Positions 28,573 through 38,443 of a stretch of 64,000 nt of DNA are shown piece after piece. The position numbers and the translations under genes were made by a program. This DNA is from a virus. The stretch lies in IMG/VR virus record IMGVR_UViG_3300020175_001039, positions 30,556-94,555 of that record; one strand, given 5' to 3'. Each line of letters opens with the position of its first letter. The stretch's first letter is position 1. The notes below the pieces were generated by a model. It had not been told where the DNA came from and searched no databases. It saw only the letters and a program-made list of their open reading frames with translations.

Positions 28573-28583
28573 TTTATTATTCC

Positions 28584-28973
28584 TTAGTTTGAGTTAAATG
28601 TCATTGTTGCGCCGTTTTCATTATCTTCAGCAACAGTGATAGTAATGTCGCGGCCCGGGTATTTGTTGTTAATAGTTGTTGCTAGTTCTTCAGCAATCAT
28701 TTCACAACTACGATGATTGAGATTCAGCGTTCCTACTGAATACAGTGATTGTAGCCACCGCTTGAATTGGATAAATTCAATATCTCGATCATTGTGTTGT
28801 ACATCAATTGCTACACGGAAGTGAAAGATATGACGATGTGCGTATCCTAAGAAACTTACGTCATCCCAATCGCCTGTGGCCAGGGAAGGGTCATCAATTG
28901 CAGCTGGGTACAAGTGTACCCCTTCTTGTTGAAAGGTTACCCAAATTTGACGCTGTGAAACTTGAACACCCAT
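28584..28973 (-). CDS. queD: QueD-like (6-carboxy-tetrahydropterin synthase, T-fold)
   Basis: EGVH, HRH, DIEF, SCEMIAE, V.EDNENGA; clustered with folE and dpdA-like. Confidence 0.75.
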   Translation of the reverse strand: MGVQVSQRQIWVTFQQEGVHLYPAAIDDPSLATGDWDDVSFLGYAHRHIFHFRVAIDVQHNDRDIEFIQFKRWLQSLYSVGTLNLNHRSCEMIAEELATTINNKYPGRDITITVAEDNENGATMTFNSN

Positions 28974-28976
28974 CGT

Positions 28977-29162
28977 CTACGTGTCCTCGCCAACTTGCGC
29001 ACGAAGAAGCTTCAAGATTTCCCAAAGTTTCCAATCAATTGCTTCCGCATATTTCATCATTTGCGCACCATCTAGTCCTGGCACAGATACTTCCGTTGTA
29101 TTAGTATCTGTTGTTGTTGTAGTAGTACCTTCTTCATCAATTAGTCTGATCTTTTTCGCCAT
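28977..29162 (-). CDS. Small hypothetical protein
   Basis: GGAGG RBS; AIDWKLWE motif. Confidence 0.6.
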   Translation of the reverse strand: MAKKIRLIDEEGTTTTTTDTNTTEVSVPGLDGAQMMKYAEAIDWKLWEILKLLRAQVGEDT

Positions 29163-29164
29163 AA

Positions 29165-30664
29165 TTAGGCCTCCATATTTGTTAAGATTGTGTTTGCTTG
29201 TTCAGCAGCTTCATTGTCGTAATCTGCAGAGATGATATCATCCTGCATTTTACTTACTTTAAAGAGTCCACTCATCGAGTTGTTTGATGTTTTAAGACTC
29301 TTCTGTCCGTTAAAGTCCGCCATCATTGCTCCAGCTTCGTCTAACATCTGCATTGGTGTTTCACTTTTAAATAGTTCTTCAATAAAGTTAGACATATACA
29401 ATGCATTACGTGGTACCCAAGGATCAAATTGATCCTCTTTACTACCATTCTTTACTTTGCGCCATTCGTGATGACTAGTTTTAAATTGTGTTGTAGCAAC
29501 ATCTGTCAATGCATTAGCACGTTGGACACTTTCAATGTGACTATATACATTGTGACCCATCTGTAGGAAGTAGCTGAGGCTATCCCACGAAGTCTTGCCT
29601 TCTTTGCCATTCTTGTTCAACATGCCTGGATGATACCAATTAATATCCCCCATAGTTAAACGATCACCAACTGCGCCGCCCCAAGGGAACGGAATCTCAC
29701 TACCTGCTAATGTTTTGCTATCTACTGCACTATCCATAACATAACCAAATTTGTTATTACGATGTGTGTGCTGTGTGTACACTTGTCCCATTGCCGTAGC
29801 AATAAAAGGACTTGCACAATCAAACATAACATCAATATCTTCATTAACTGTTGAACGTAATGCACGTTTAATAGCAGTAAATGCAGTTGCCCATTCCAGT
29901 TTACTTGTTCCTAGATAGTGCAACAAGTCACGCTTTCCACGCTCCAGCTGATTATCATCACGCATTTGAATAAGTGTGCGCAATACAATATTGATATCAT
30001 TCTTGGTGCTACCACCAAAAGCAAAGCCATCAAGATCATGGTGCTTCATACTTTGATACCAATGATTTGCTTCTGCCCAATTACGTCCTTGCATAACATT
30101 TAGATATTTTGTTTGGAATTTACGATGCTTTTTAAACCAGTTTACATTAAAATCAGTGTATTCCAAACATTCATTGAATGAAGTAATGCCTGTACGCTCA
30201 GTAAATGTAGGTTCAGCTGCCAATGTTGGGATATCCAAAATCATTGAATAGTCTGCTGTATACTCCAACCAGTTTAGAATAGTTTCACGTAAACTATCAT
30301 CTGTCTTAAAGTTTTTCCAATCACACTTAATAACACCTTTAATGATCTGGAACCCACCTGAGTCTCCTAGGATGAATGTCTTTTCACGATCACGTGCTTG
30401 TACCATGTTATCGCTTACATATGCTTTGTCGAGATTTAACTGTGCATGTCCTGCAGAGTATAGCCCCCATTTGTATGGAAAGTAACTATCCTCTTTGAGG
30501 AAGTCCATGCCTTCCAAACCTTTTTCAAAGCCTGCTGGCACACGTTCATCAGGGATGAAGTCTGTGCCTTGTTCACGATATTTTGCAAGCACATTGTTAT
30601 AGAAGGTGCTAATGCTGGGCAAAAACACACTATAATCTTTGTTGCTAGCTGTTAAGTTTGACAT
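29165..30664 (-). CDS. dpdA: TGT-fold transglycosylase, DpdA-like (7-deazaguanine insertion into DNA)
   Basis: TGT motifs DSGGFQ, MILD, VMQG, DGFAFGG, HYLG, FDCASP; no CxCxxC zinc site as in tRNA TGTs. Confidence 0.75.
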   Translation of the reverse strand: MSNLTASNKDYSVFLPSISTFYNNVLAKYREQGTDFIPDERVPAGFEKGLEGMDFLKEDSYFPYKWGLYSAGHAQLNLDKAYVSDNMVQARDREKTFILGDSGGFQIIKGVIKCDWKNFKTDDSLRETILNWLEYTADYSMILDIPTLAAEPTFTERTGITSFNECLEYTDFNVNWFKKHRKFQTKYLNVMQGRNWAEANHWYQSMKHHDLDGFAFGGSTKNDINIVLRTLIQMRDDNQLERGKRDLLHYLGTSKLEWATAFTAIKRALRSTVNEDIDVMFDCASPFIATAMGQVYTQHTHRNNKFGYVMDSAVDSKTLAGSEIPFPWGGAVGDRLTMGDINWYHPGMLNKNGKEGKTSWDSLSYFLQMGHNVYSHIESVQRANALTDVATTQFKTSHHEWRKVKNGSKEDQFDPWVPRNALYMSNFIEELFKSETPMQMLDEAGAMMADFNGQKSLKTSNNSMSGLFKVSKMQDDIISADYDNEAAEQANTILTNMEA

Positions 30665-30667
30665 GTT

Positions 30668-31423
30668 TTATACCGACAATGCTGGAAGGATATAGTTATA
30701 TTCGCCGATGCCAGTGTCGATTGTAATTTGCAACGCACCCATTGCACTGATGTGCAAAGTACATTGTGCTGTCATGCCCAACTTCAATACACTCAAGAAT
30801 TGTGTAAGTGGCCAACTAAAGCCCTCGCCCAGTTCACCAGTTACATTAGTAGCAAATGTACGCTTACCAACAAAACTACCACCAGTATCACCAACAGTAA
30901 CGATTAGGTTACCATCTTGTGTCTTTAGGCTAAAGTTGGGTTCAATGCCACCATAAATGCCAGCAATTTCCTGCAACTCACTTACTTTTTGCTTTGTAGG
31001 CTCAACAGTGATATCCCAGTTTGGCATTGAGTTAAATTCAATGTTTTCAAATGTACTGAGTACCTGGCGTTCATTCATTAGACGATATCGGTCGTTATTG
31101 CCTTGTGTGTCTTTGAATAGCAATGCTTGTGGTGTTGTTGCACCATCTTTTTCCTGCATTACCATTTCTACAGTCGCGCCATCTTCTTTGTATGTGCGGA
31201 TGCCGCTAATGCCGTTCAAGAACGCCAAGTTGCCAAATCCAAACACACCAGAAAATTCTGGAAGTGCATTGTGTAGTTTCGCTTTGATAATCACAGTGCG
31301 CTCTGTGTCTACTGCATCGAACTTGGTAGTAGAAGCATCACCTTCTACTTTAACAAAGTTTACGATGCCCAAGCTCGCAGTCATTTTAACTACGTCTTGA
31401 ACTACGTCTTTAATAGTACTCAT
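30668..31423 (-). CDS. Probable DNA polymerase sliding clamp (gp45-like)
   Basis: 251 aa alternating beta/alpha pattern, C-terminal YNYILPA; inferred from resemblance only. Confidence 0.55.
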   Translation of the reverse strand: MSTIKDVVQDVVKMTASLGIVNFVKVEGDASTTKFDAVDTERTVIIKAKLHNALPEFSGVFGFGNLAFLNGISGIRTYKEDGATVEMVMQEKDGATTPQALLFKDTQGNNDRYRLMNERQVLSTFENIEFNSMPNWDITVEPTKQKVSELQEIAGIYGGIEPNFSLKTQDGNLIVTVGDTGGSFVGKRTFATNVTGELGEGFSWPLTQFLSVLKLGMTAQCTLHISAMGALQITIDTGIGEYNYILPALSV

Positions 31424-31463
31424 TTATAGAGTCTCCTTAGGGTTTGATTGTTGTTATGTATTC

Positions 31464-31492
31464 ATAATACGATGAATTGAAGTTAAAGTCAA
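31464..31492 (-). promoter_or_regulatory. Sigma70-type promoter for clamp/dpdA/queD
   Basis: TTGACT, 17 bp, TATTAT. Confidence 0.7.
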
Positions 31493-31515
31493 GTATTTTT
31501 TGAAATTAAAATACA

Positions 31516-32151
31516 TTATTTTACTCTTATTTTGTAGACGTCCTCAAATGCTGGTCTAGGATATGGATTTTCTCCATAAGCATACGGAATACGTCTACTT
31601 CTATCTGTCCTAGGGTCAATATAAAGTGGATGTGGTTCACGATATCCGATTCCAATGAACAAATTAGTTCTTCGGTCTGCACCGATTAATTTTGCCATGC
31701 CTTCTGCATCTCGAATACACTGGCATAATCCAGTGTCAATTCCTCGAGCAGTAAAGCCGTAGATAAATGATACTGCGGCGATACCAATTTCTATATTGTC
31801 AGTATTGGCAATTCCAATTCCTGGGCGTTGTTCAATTGTTTGAAATTTAGTTTCTTCATAAACAACATCACGTGTGCTGAATGCCAAAAGAGTAGGTGCT
31901 AGTACTTGCGGATTACCTTTATCGATCATCATATTATGATCTGTATTTCTATGACACATTGTGTGAATCTGTTTTCTCATTTCAGGATCAGTGTTGTCAA
32001 TAATATCTACTACATAAGGTATTTTTCTGTTTTTACTAGGAGCATAATTGTAAACTTCCTCGCATACCTCTTGTATAATTTCCACTGGCACTTGATCCGT
32101 CTTCCAACTAAAGGTAGTGCTTCTTGCTTTTAATACGTCTGAATATTCCAT
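31516..32151 (-). CDS. Nitroreductase-family flavoprotein
   Basis: RSTTFSW, APSKN, IGIAA...GIDTGLCQC, IGIGY. Confidence 0.8.
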   Translation of the reverse strand: MEYSDVLKARSTTFSWKTDQVPVEIIQEVCEEVYNYAPSKNRKIPYVVDIIDNTDPEMRKQIHTMCHRNTDHNMMIDKGNPQVLAPTLLAFSTRDVVYEETKFQTIEQRPGIGIANTDNIEIGIAAVSFIYGFTARGIDTGLCQCIRDAEGMAKLIGADRRTNLFIGIGYREPHPLYIDPRTDRSRRIPYAYGENPYPRPAFEDVYKIRVK

Positions 32152-33251
32152 TATTTAAATTGCTCCGAGAATGGGTCAAACTCTGTGCCACACTTTTGCG
32201 CACAAACACCTAGTTTACCAGCTTTGATACTTTCAAGTTTCCAACTACGTTGAATGTCTTGCATAATGCCACTATCAAAGACACCTTTTATACCAAATAG
32301 TTTTGCATTAATACCTTCTTTCCCGCCAGCTCTGTCAATAAAGTCCCAAATTTGTTCCACTTTTGGATCTGCTTGCCACCATTTATACATCCGGCCCGCT
32401 GTCCAACAACACGGCATAATTAATCCCTCTGCTGTTACAAACATGCTTTTATTTTTATCTGGCTGCGCTACTTTACAACTAATAGTGGCTTGGTTATAGT
32501 AGTCCATCATACTGCCGTATGTTTTTTCTAATTCAGCCTCTTTGGCCAATGCCAAATTCTGATGCTCTAATTTTTTAGGTTTTGCAAGTGTTGTTGTTTC
32601 AGCGCCTTTTCTGTTTACTGCTTGGTGAGACTCTTTGCCTTTGTTTTTAGCACTGCTAAAGAAACGCCCAGTTTTTTTCTTCATAAATTTTTCACAGCCC
32701 CATTCTTTTGCAAGCTGTTCTGCACGTTCTACATCACATTCACTGTGTTCAAAGATAATATAATCCCACCGGGCTCTGCCGCCTGCTGCAATAAATGCTT
32801 TCATATTTCTCTCAACAAACTCCCAACGTACATTCTGTCTATACAGGTGATTTGTGTTTTCGAGACCATCAACACTAAAGATGACTGCACCTTGGCGTCC
32901 GATAACTTCTGCTAAACGTGTCCACCATTCAGTGTCTCTGGCGCCAGCATTGGTGTTCATACTGAGCCAAATATTGGGATTATGTTTTCTAAAGTACTCC
33001 ATAATCTCTAGTGTATCAGTGGCACTGATGGGATCACCTAGGTTACCACACATATACATCACGTTGAGCTGTTTAATAAATTCTGGAGGGAAGATATCCA
33101 TACAGTCCTGTAGTGATAATTCTTGTTCATTTCCACGTATGTGTTGGTTGACAGCGCCACCGTTTTCGTTACGATCACACATTGGACAAGCAGCATTGCA
33201 TCGCTGTGTTACTTCCAGGTGTAATTCGGTGATTTCGTTATAATTATACAT
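32151..33251 (-). CDS. Radical SAM protein with C-terminal SPASM/Twitch-like Cys
   Basis: CNAACPMC, CGNLGDP, FSVDGL, MPCCW, CAQKCG. Confidence 0.9.
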   Translation of the reverse strand: MYNYNEITELHLEVTQRCNAACPMCDRNENGGAVNQHIRGNEQELSLQDCMDIFPPEFIKQLNVMYMCGNLGDPISATDTLEIMEYFRKHNPNIWLSMNTNAGARDTEWWTRLAEVIGRQGAVIFSVDGLENTNHLYRQNVRWEFVERNMKAFIAAGGRARWDYIIFEHSECDVERAEQLAKEWGCEKFMKKKTGRFFSSAKNKGKESHQAVNRKGAETTTLAKPKKLEHQNLALAKEAELEKTYGSMMDYYNQATISCKVAQPDKNKSMFVTAEGLIMPCCWTAGRMYKWWQADPKVEQIWDFIDRAGGKEGINAKLFGIKGVFDSGIMQDIQRSWKLESIKAGKLGVCAQKCGTEFDPFSEQFK

Positions 33252-33607
33252 TAATATACTCCTCCAAAAATAAAGTAATCAACAGCAAAGGTCATTTCTG
33301 CACCAATAAACACCGCTAAGTAATAATTCTGTAGTCTATTCCAGATCCATTTAATAACAATCCAAGCAACAAATACTCTAACTGTGTACAATATGTCTGC
33401 GTAGATTAACTCTATTAATCTCGGCAATTCTTGCGCTGAATAAAGATAAGCAAACACCCCATTGTCCCACGCAAAGCTGAATTGGCTCATGATAAGAACC
33501 GCCCAATAGTAATTCACATAACGGTTGAAGAACTTAACAAGGTGGGCGCTGATTAGCAATCTATATGCAACATATGTTGCATTTACTAATATAAAATTAA
33601 GCATCAT
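33251..33607 (-). CDS. Small multi-pass membrane protein
   Basis: 3-4 hydrophobic segments. Confidence 0.65.
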   Translation of the reverse strand: MMLNFILVNATYVAYRLLISAHLVKFFNRYVNYYWAVLIMSQFSFAWDNGVFAYLYSAQELPRLIELIYADILYTVRVFVAWIVIKWIWNRLQNYYLAVFIGAEMTFAVDYFIFGGVY

Positions 33608-33863
33608 CTAGTACGAAACTCACTTCTGTTCCTGGTCCGATTTCGCTGGGCATTCCGCCATGTTCCATTACATAGTGCTTGATCACTGCCTTGTACCACA
33701 AATGACTGTTGTGGTATGCAACTTTGTTAAACTTATATATACTGTTGTTATCTGCTTTCATGGTTGTGATAGCACGAGCAGATTCTTTTTGTAATTCACG
33801 CACACTGAGAGAATCTAAATACTCATCAAATACGTCCATTGTCATTTCTATTTCTTCATCCAT
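33597..33863 (-). CDS. Hypothetical protein
   Basis: 88 aa, tiles with neighbours. Confidence 0.55.
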   Translation of the reverse strand: MDEEIEMTMDVFDEYLDSLSVRELQKESARAITTMKADNNSIYKFNKVAYHNSHLWYKAVIKHYVMEHGGMPSEIGPGTEVSFVLDDA

Positions 33864-34134
33864 CGTCTTCTACCTTGTCTATACCGCCAAGTGTTACCAG
33901 CATGGCATCTTCGGGTTTGATAAATCTCATAACAAGTATTCGGCTACCTGACCTATTAATATAGCTTTCGTCAATCGAATAATCTTTTATATAAGTTAAA
34001 TTATATTTATCATGTAGTCCTGTTACCAATCTAGCAATACAATCCCAAACCGGAAATGTCTCTCCTTCAGTGTAAACTGAATGTTCGCTAACAACAAATT
34101 CCACTAGCCCTTCTAATCCCAGGTCATGCGGCAT
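33856..34134 (-). CDS. Hypothetical protein
   Basis: 92 aa, RFIKPEDAML motif. Confidence 0.55.
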   Translation of the reverse strand: MPHDLGLEGLVEFVVSEHSVYTEGETFPVWDCIARLVTGLHDKYNLTYIKDYSIDESYINRSGSRILVMRFIKPEDAMLVTLGGIDKVEDDG

Positions 34135-35270
34135 TATTTAATGCCAATCAGCATAAACCTATTATATAAGTGAGTGTCTAATTCACCTTCATAAGAGATA
34201 CTTTGCATTGGGTATTTACTTTTTACTTCTTCTAAATCTTTACAACAATTACTATGCTGTGGATTTGAAAAATAATCATTAGTTTGTAGCACAACAAACG
34301 TACCACTTGGTAAGTTTTCAAACCATGTGTTATCCATGTGTTCACAACTTGTATTAATTACACAATTGATATTATCTAATTCTACCCAACCAAACTTATT
34401 TTCAAGTAACTCATCTTTGTCTTTAAACATTTCTGTGCGTAAATCTTCACTTATTTTTTCAATAACTGAACCTTTGTCTACAACGCCTTGTTTAATGTTT
34501 TCCTCGTTTTCATTAATCCACTTATCAATTAGTTCTTGTCTTTTATTTATTAATGCACTTTCTTGCTTTTCCATCCAACGATTAATTTGTTGATCTCTCA
34601 AATCATAATCTGTGTATCTAAGTGTTTTATTATCCCAATTTATTTTATTTACATCTGTTGTTACTGGAATAAATCTATTTGATGCTACTTGGCTAGGGTA
34701 TAGCCTTTTACTGGGCACCGCTACTTTGTCATCAATATCTAAGCTGTATATTTTTGATACGTCGAACTGATTGAAAAGGAAGTGAGCAAGGAAATTATAC
34801 CAACCACCATAAAATACAATATTACCCAGTGGTCCGTCGATAATGTTTGCTAATTCGGAAACCATCCACAGTTTACTTCTAACTTGTCCTCTGGAAAGGA
34901 AATCATTAATGTCTGGCATGTCAGCTGCTTCGCCATTCTCTCCACTCCAATAATTAATAAACTTACACACATTCACCAAAAATTCGTCTTCTTTCATATA
35001 CTTGCGAAAGAGAGTAGCCAGCAACTGTGGTTTAATCTCGAAATCTTCCAGCTTATCATGCAACAATACATTCATCCAGGATTTAACATGCACTGGGTTA
35101 CTGTTTCGCATACTACACAACTCAAGTATAACATCACGCTTGCGATACCAATTGTCATGGTACAGTGCTTTGTGAATTTCCTCCCAACGTTCATGCTGGC
35201 CAGTATATTTAAAGTATTCACTTAGACCGTTCATCCAGTGATATGTTTCTTGAAATTCAGAGAGCTTCAT
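34134..35270 (-). CDS. Class I SAM methyltransferase-like protein with a charged insertion
   Basis: SRGQVRSKLW, GGWYN, SLDID, INTSCEH, RFMLIG. Confidence 0.7.
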   Translation of the reverse strand: MKLSEFQETYHWMNGLSEYFKYTGQHERWEEIHKALYHDNWYRKRDVILELCSMRNSNPVHVKSWMNVLLHDKLEDFEIKPQLLATLFRKYMKEDEFLVNVCKFINYWSGENGEAADMPDINDFLSRGQVRSKLWMVSELANIIDGPLGNIVFYGGWYNFLAHFLFNQFDVSKIYSLDIDDKVAVPSKRLYPSQVASNRFIPVTTDVNKINWDNKTLRYTDYDLRDQQINRWMEKQESALINKRQELIDKWINENEENIKQGVVDKGSVIEKISEDLRTEMFKDKDELLENKFGWVELDNINCVINTSCEHMDNTWFENLPSGTFVVLQTNDYFSNPQHSNCCKDLEEVKSKYPMQSISYEGELDTHLYNRFMLIGIK

Positions 35271-35961
35271 TAAATTTTTCCTTTAGCCAATTCCAATCAT
35301 TGATTTTTCTCAATGCATCTGTATTATTTCTGTAATGTGTACCAAAGTCGCGACCTTGTTGCGCACCAAGTATAGCATACTCGCCATAGCGCCTGTTTTC
35401 GCCTCGTGTACACCATACTTCCAAACGATAAGAGTCGTCAATTTGTTTGTTGTGATCAATAATATTGCTTGATAGTTTTGTACACTCACGAAAAGCGCTG
35501 CGCCACGCATTAAACGGATCAGTATTAAATTGAGTAGTATTGCTGATTTCAAACTTAGGCTTAAACTTAGCACCAATACTAGTAGTCATGTCTACTTTGA
35601 ATTCTTTGGTTGCCAGAAGATTCTTCTTGGGAAAGAGTTTCACAGCACCGTAGCCATAAATCAAATCATTGATAGGATTATGGCTACGGTAGGTGAACAC
35701 ACACTCAGTCTCCGGCACGCCTGGATACGCTTCCCGCCTGTCACTTGGAGTAAATTTAAATCCAAAATTTTCGCTGATAACTGCATCAGCATCACAGACA
35801 TAGAAATACTGGGTTTTGCTTTCTTCTGCACAGGCTTGGTGTGCATTAAGCAATCCTTCTACACCATCTATACGTTTAGCATGTGGTGCGAAGTTTTTTA
35901 AAATTTCAAAATTATCATTTGCTTCGGGTTCACCGAAAGTTAGCATAAAAACATCTAGCAT
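35257..35961 (-). CDS. GT-A glycosyltransferase-like (paralog of 56326-57297)
   Basis: EP.A..NF, AH..CA, DAD, N.INDLIYGYGAVK, AWRSAFRE. Confidence 0.75.
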   Translation of the reverse strand: MLDVFMLTFGEPEANDNFEILKNFAPHAKRIDGVEGLLNAHQACAEESKTQYFYVCDADAVISENFGFKFTPSDRREAYPGVPETECVFTYRSHNPINDLIYGYGAVKLFPKKNLLATKEFKVDMTTSIGAKFKPKFEISNTTQFNTDPFNAWRSAFRECTKLSSNIIDHNKQIDDSYRLEVWCTRGENRRYGEYAILGAQQGRDFGTHYRNNTDALRKINDWNWLKEKFNEAL

Positions 35962-35994
35962 GTAATTTCCTTATTTGGGTAGCATAGTAAAGGC

Positions 35995-36054
35995 ATAAAT
36001 ATCATTAACTACACAGTTATTTATCAGTATACTACTCAATACAGATAATGTCAA
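35995..36054. promoter_or_regulatory. Divergent promoter region
   Basis: ATAAATA on + (35995-36001), GATAAATA on - (36018-36025), and TTGACA-17-TATACT on - (36026-36054). Confidence 0.65.
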
Positions 36055-36079
36055 CAAAAATATATGAGAGTTTTTAAAC

Positions 36080-37036
36080 ATGACAAAAAAGCGTAACCTG
36101 GATATTGCTAAAGAATTTTGGCATTGGTGCAATCAAACTGCAATGGCACACGTCTATGAATTTACCGCTGATGGAAACGACATATTATCATTACTTAATT
36201 TTGATACTAGTGACCATAATGGCACTGGTATGCGTTCAGTAATGAGTGATTATATAGACGAGTACCAAAAATTAGATCCAGAACGAATTGAATGGTTTAG
36301 GAACACTACTGAGAACACATGGGTTCCAGAAGACGGTGATACTTACCTGTGTTATCGTTTATATAAGATGCTGTGGCTGGCAAACGATATTGCTGAAAAA
36401 GGACAAAAAGCACCAATACAGTTACTACAAAGTGGTAGAGAATATCAATGCCATCCTGGTAGCGACAAGAAATTTGTTATAACATACTTGCAACAATTAG
36501 ATAAAATACACGGATTTTATATTTGGTACCCAATGCTAGACAATAGTCCGTGGATATGGACTGTTCCCAATCGTGAAATACAGACTGCTGAGGAATTTTT
36601 GGGAATATTTCAACATGCTGACCATCCAACGTTCGTTCTAGAAGCTAACGATGTAACATTCACCAAAGACGGGTTTCAATGTGATAATGAACACATGACT
36701 CCGTTTGCTGAAGGCACTTTGTTGGGATTAAAAAAATACGGAAACTTAAAAGATGAGTTAAATTTAACTGTGAAGCACCTAAGCTACCGTGATGGCGTTC
36801 ATCGCAAAAATATGGATATGGACAAAACTTTATTAGATCAAATCTATTTTAGTGACGAAGATACCTTCCGAATGGGGAGATTTACTTTTATTAGGCGGCA
36901 CGATGGATGGTGGCCCGTGCATCTATTAAATAGTCCGAGAAGTTTAATAGACGCAAAGTGGAAAAATGATGACAAAAAGTCAACATTTTTTAATCGCAAA
37001 AGAAGTAATTTAGGCATAGGGAGACATTACTTGTGA
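36080..37036 (+). CDS. Hypothetical protein (plus strand)
   Basis: 318 aa with no competing minus-strand ORF; GTGA overlap with the next gene. Confidence 0.75.
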   Translation: MTKKRNLDIAKEFWHWCNQTAMAHVYEFTADGNDILSLLNFDTSDHNGTGMRSVMSDYIDEYQKLDPERIEWFRNTTENTWVPEDGDTYLCYRLYKMLWLANDIAEKGQKAPIQLLQSGREYQCHPGSDKKFVITYLQQLDKIHGFYIWYPMLDNSPWIWTVPNREIQTAEEFLGIFQHADHPTFVLEANDVTFTKDGFQCDNEHMTPFAEGTLLGLKKYGNLKDELNLTVKHLSYRDGVHRKNMDMDKTLLDQIYFSDEDTFRMGRFTFIRRHDGWWPVHLLNSPRSLIDAKWKNDDKKSTFFNRKRSNLGIGRHYL

Positions 37037-37758
37037 AAGTTTATATAGGATATGACCACAAGCAACGTGATGCAAGTGAAATCTGCAGATACAGTATACA
37101 GAAGCATTTGTCAAGATATGTCGAGACTATAGATTTAAAAAAAGACATTTTAATAAGAAATGAAGTGTATTATAGACCCGAAGGTGACCCAAGTAGTACT
37201 GATTTCACCTACACTAGATTTTTGGTGCCATACTTGAGCAACTACAGTGGATGGAGTCTTTTTTGTGATAGTGATTTTGTGTTTACTGATGACATCTTAT
37301 CTATTATGGATGACATAATGTGGGATCAGGAAATGAACAACCGTGCAGTGTATGTTGTTAAGCAGCCAGAATATGTTCCATCTATGGACACAAAATTTCA
37401 TGGAGAACAGCAGCTATCATTCCCACGCAAAAATTGGAGCAGTCTCATGTTGTTCAACAATGAGCATCCAGCATGCAAGAAATTAAATCCGTTCAGCGTA
37501 AGTAATCAGACACCACAATGGTTACACCGATTTGAATGGTGTAGTGACCACAATATAGGAGGATTGGCACCTGATTGGAATTTCTTAGTAGGAGACCACG
37601 AGTTTGATGACTACCACATTCCACGCGGTATACACTTCACCAATGGCGGCCCATTTAACGGCGTGTGGGGGCAAGATTATGAGGAAATTTGGTTAAATGA
37701 GTGGGACGAGTTTACAGGGTTAGCTTTCCCTGGTGGCTCTATGGACTTCAAAATCTAA
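37033..37758 (+). CDS. GT8-like nucleotide-diphospho-sugar transferase
   Basis: YIGYD, STDFTYTRFLVP, FCDSD, RKNWSS, HFTNGGP. Confidence 0.85.
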   Translation: MKVYIGYDHKQRDASEICRYSIQKHLSRYVETIDLKKDILIRNEVYYRPEGDPSSTDFTYTRFLVPYLSNYSGWSLFCDSDFVFTDDILSIMDDIMWDQEMNNRAVYVVKQPEYVPSMDTKFHGEQQLSFPRKNWSSLMLFNNEHPACKKLNPFSVSNQTPQWLHRFEWCSDHNIGGLAPDWNFLVGDHEFDDYHIPRGIHFTNGGPFNGVWGQDYEEIWLNEWDEFTGLAFPGGSMDFKI

Positions 37759-38343
37759 CCAATACTCATGTACATCCTTGATGTATTTTTTATTAGCATC
37801 AGCTTTTAATATTTCATCTATTTCTGGATCCCAATATGCCACTGGCCATTCCAAGTCAGTAGACACCTTTTCCATGTATCTACTTTTATACAAGTAAAGT
37901 AATTCCTGACTCAGGAAGTTTACATTGTGTTCTTCCATAATCTTATCGAAAAATTCCAACGCAATCGGAGTACTGTGGGTGCCACGTACTCTAGTCTGTT
38001 GCTTTTCCAGTATATTTTGATCTCGTCCTATAATAGCGATATCAATATCAGTATAAACATTTGCTATGTCTATAAATTTTTTATAATTAGGAACAACTGG
38101 TACGCCGTCTGAGATAAAAGGACAACTAATACTAGTTACATAATAATCACTTTGCTTCCAATCAAAAGAATGCAATAGCTCTGGATTTCTCCAACAATCA
38201 GCAAACGGCTCATGGTGATGCCCTTCCCAATATGTATTAAGAAGATTTTTCCAACCAAATACATCTTCATGTAATGCAAATATTTTACTGAATAGATGGT
38301 TGCCTGAACCTTGTGGGCCAGTTATGATCAATAATCTGCTCAT
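37720..38343 (-). CDS. Sulfotransferase-like P-loop protein
   Basis: IITGPQGSGNHLF, IGRD. Confidence 0.55.
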   Translation of the reverse strand: MSRLLIITGPQGSGNHLFSKIFALHEDVFGWKNLLNTYWEGHHHEPFADCWRNPELLHSFDWKQSDYYVTSISCPFISDGVPVVPNYKKFIDIANVYTDIDIAIIGRDQNILEKQQTRVRGTHSTPIALEFFDKIMEEHNVNFLSQELLYLYKSRYMEKVSTDLEWPVAYWDPEIDEILKADANKKYIKDVHEYWLDFEVHRATRES

Positions 38344-38349
38344 GTTTTA

Positions 38350-38387
38350 ATTATAGTGCCTTTTTGTGTAATGTCAATATATTTATC
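38350..38387 (-). promoter_or_regulatory. Tandem late box and sigma70 promoter; probably leaderless mRNA
   Basis: GATAAATA (38380-38387); TTGACA-16-TATAAT ending 6 nt before the ATG at 38343. Confidence 0.65.
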
Positions 38388-38391
38388 AACT

Positions 38392-38417
38392 AAAAAAGGG
38401 CAGTGTTTCCACTGCCC
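38392..38417 (-). terminator. Intrinsic terminator after tctC
   Basis: GGGCAGTG-GAAA-CACTGCCC-TTTTTT. Confidence 0.9.
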
Positions 38418-38443
38418 CTGTTATTATCTAATTGGTTAATCCC

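Noticed and set aside
29095-29130. Thr-codon run (TTTTTTDTNTT)
   Set aside because: Low-complexity linker with mixed codons, not a DNA repeat
29165-30664. Canonical tRNA-guanine transglycosylase (tgt)
   Set aside because: No CxCxxC zinc motif, longer than bacterial Tgt, and in a phage replication/deazaguanine context; DpdA-like preferred
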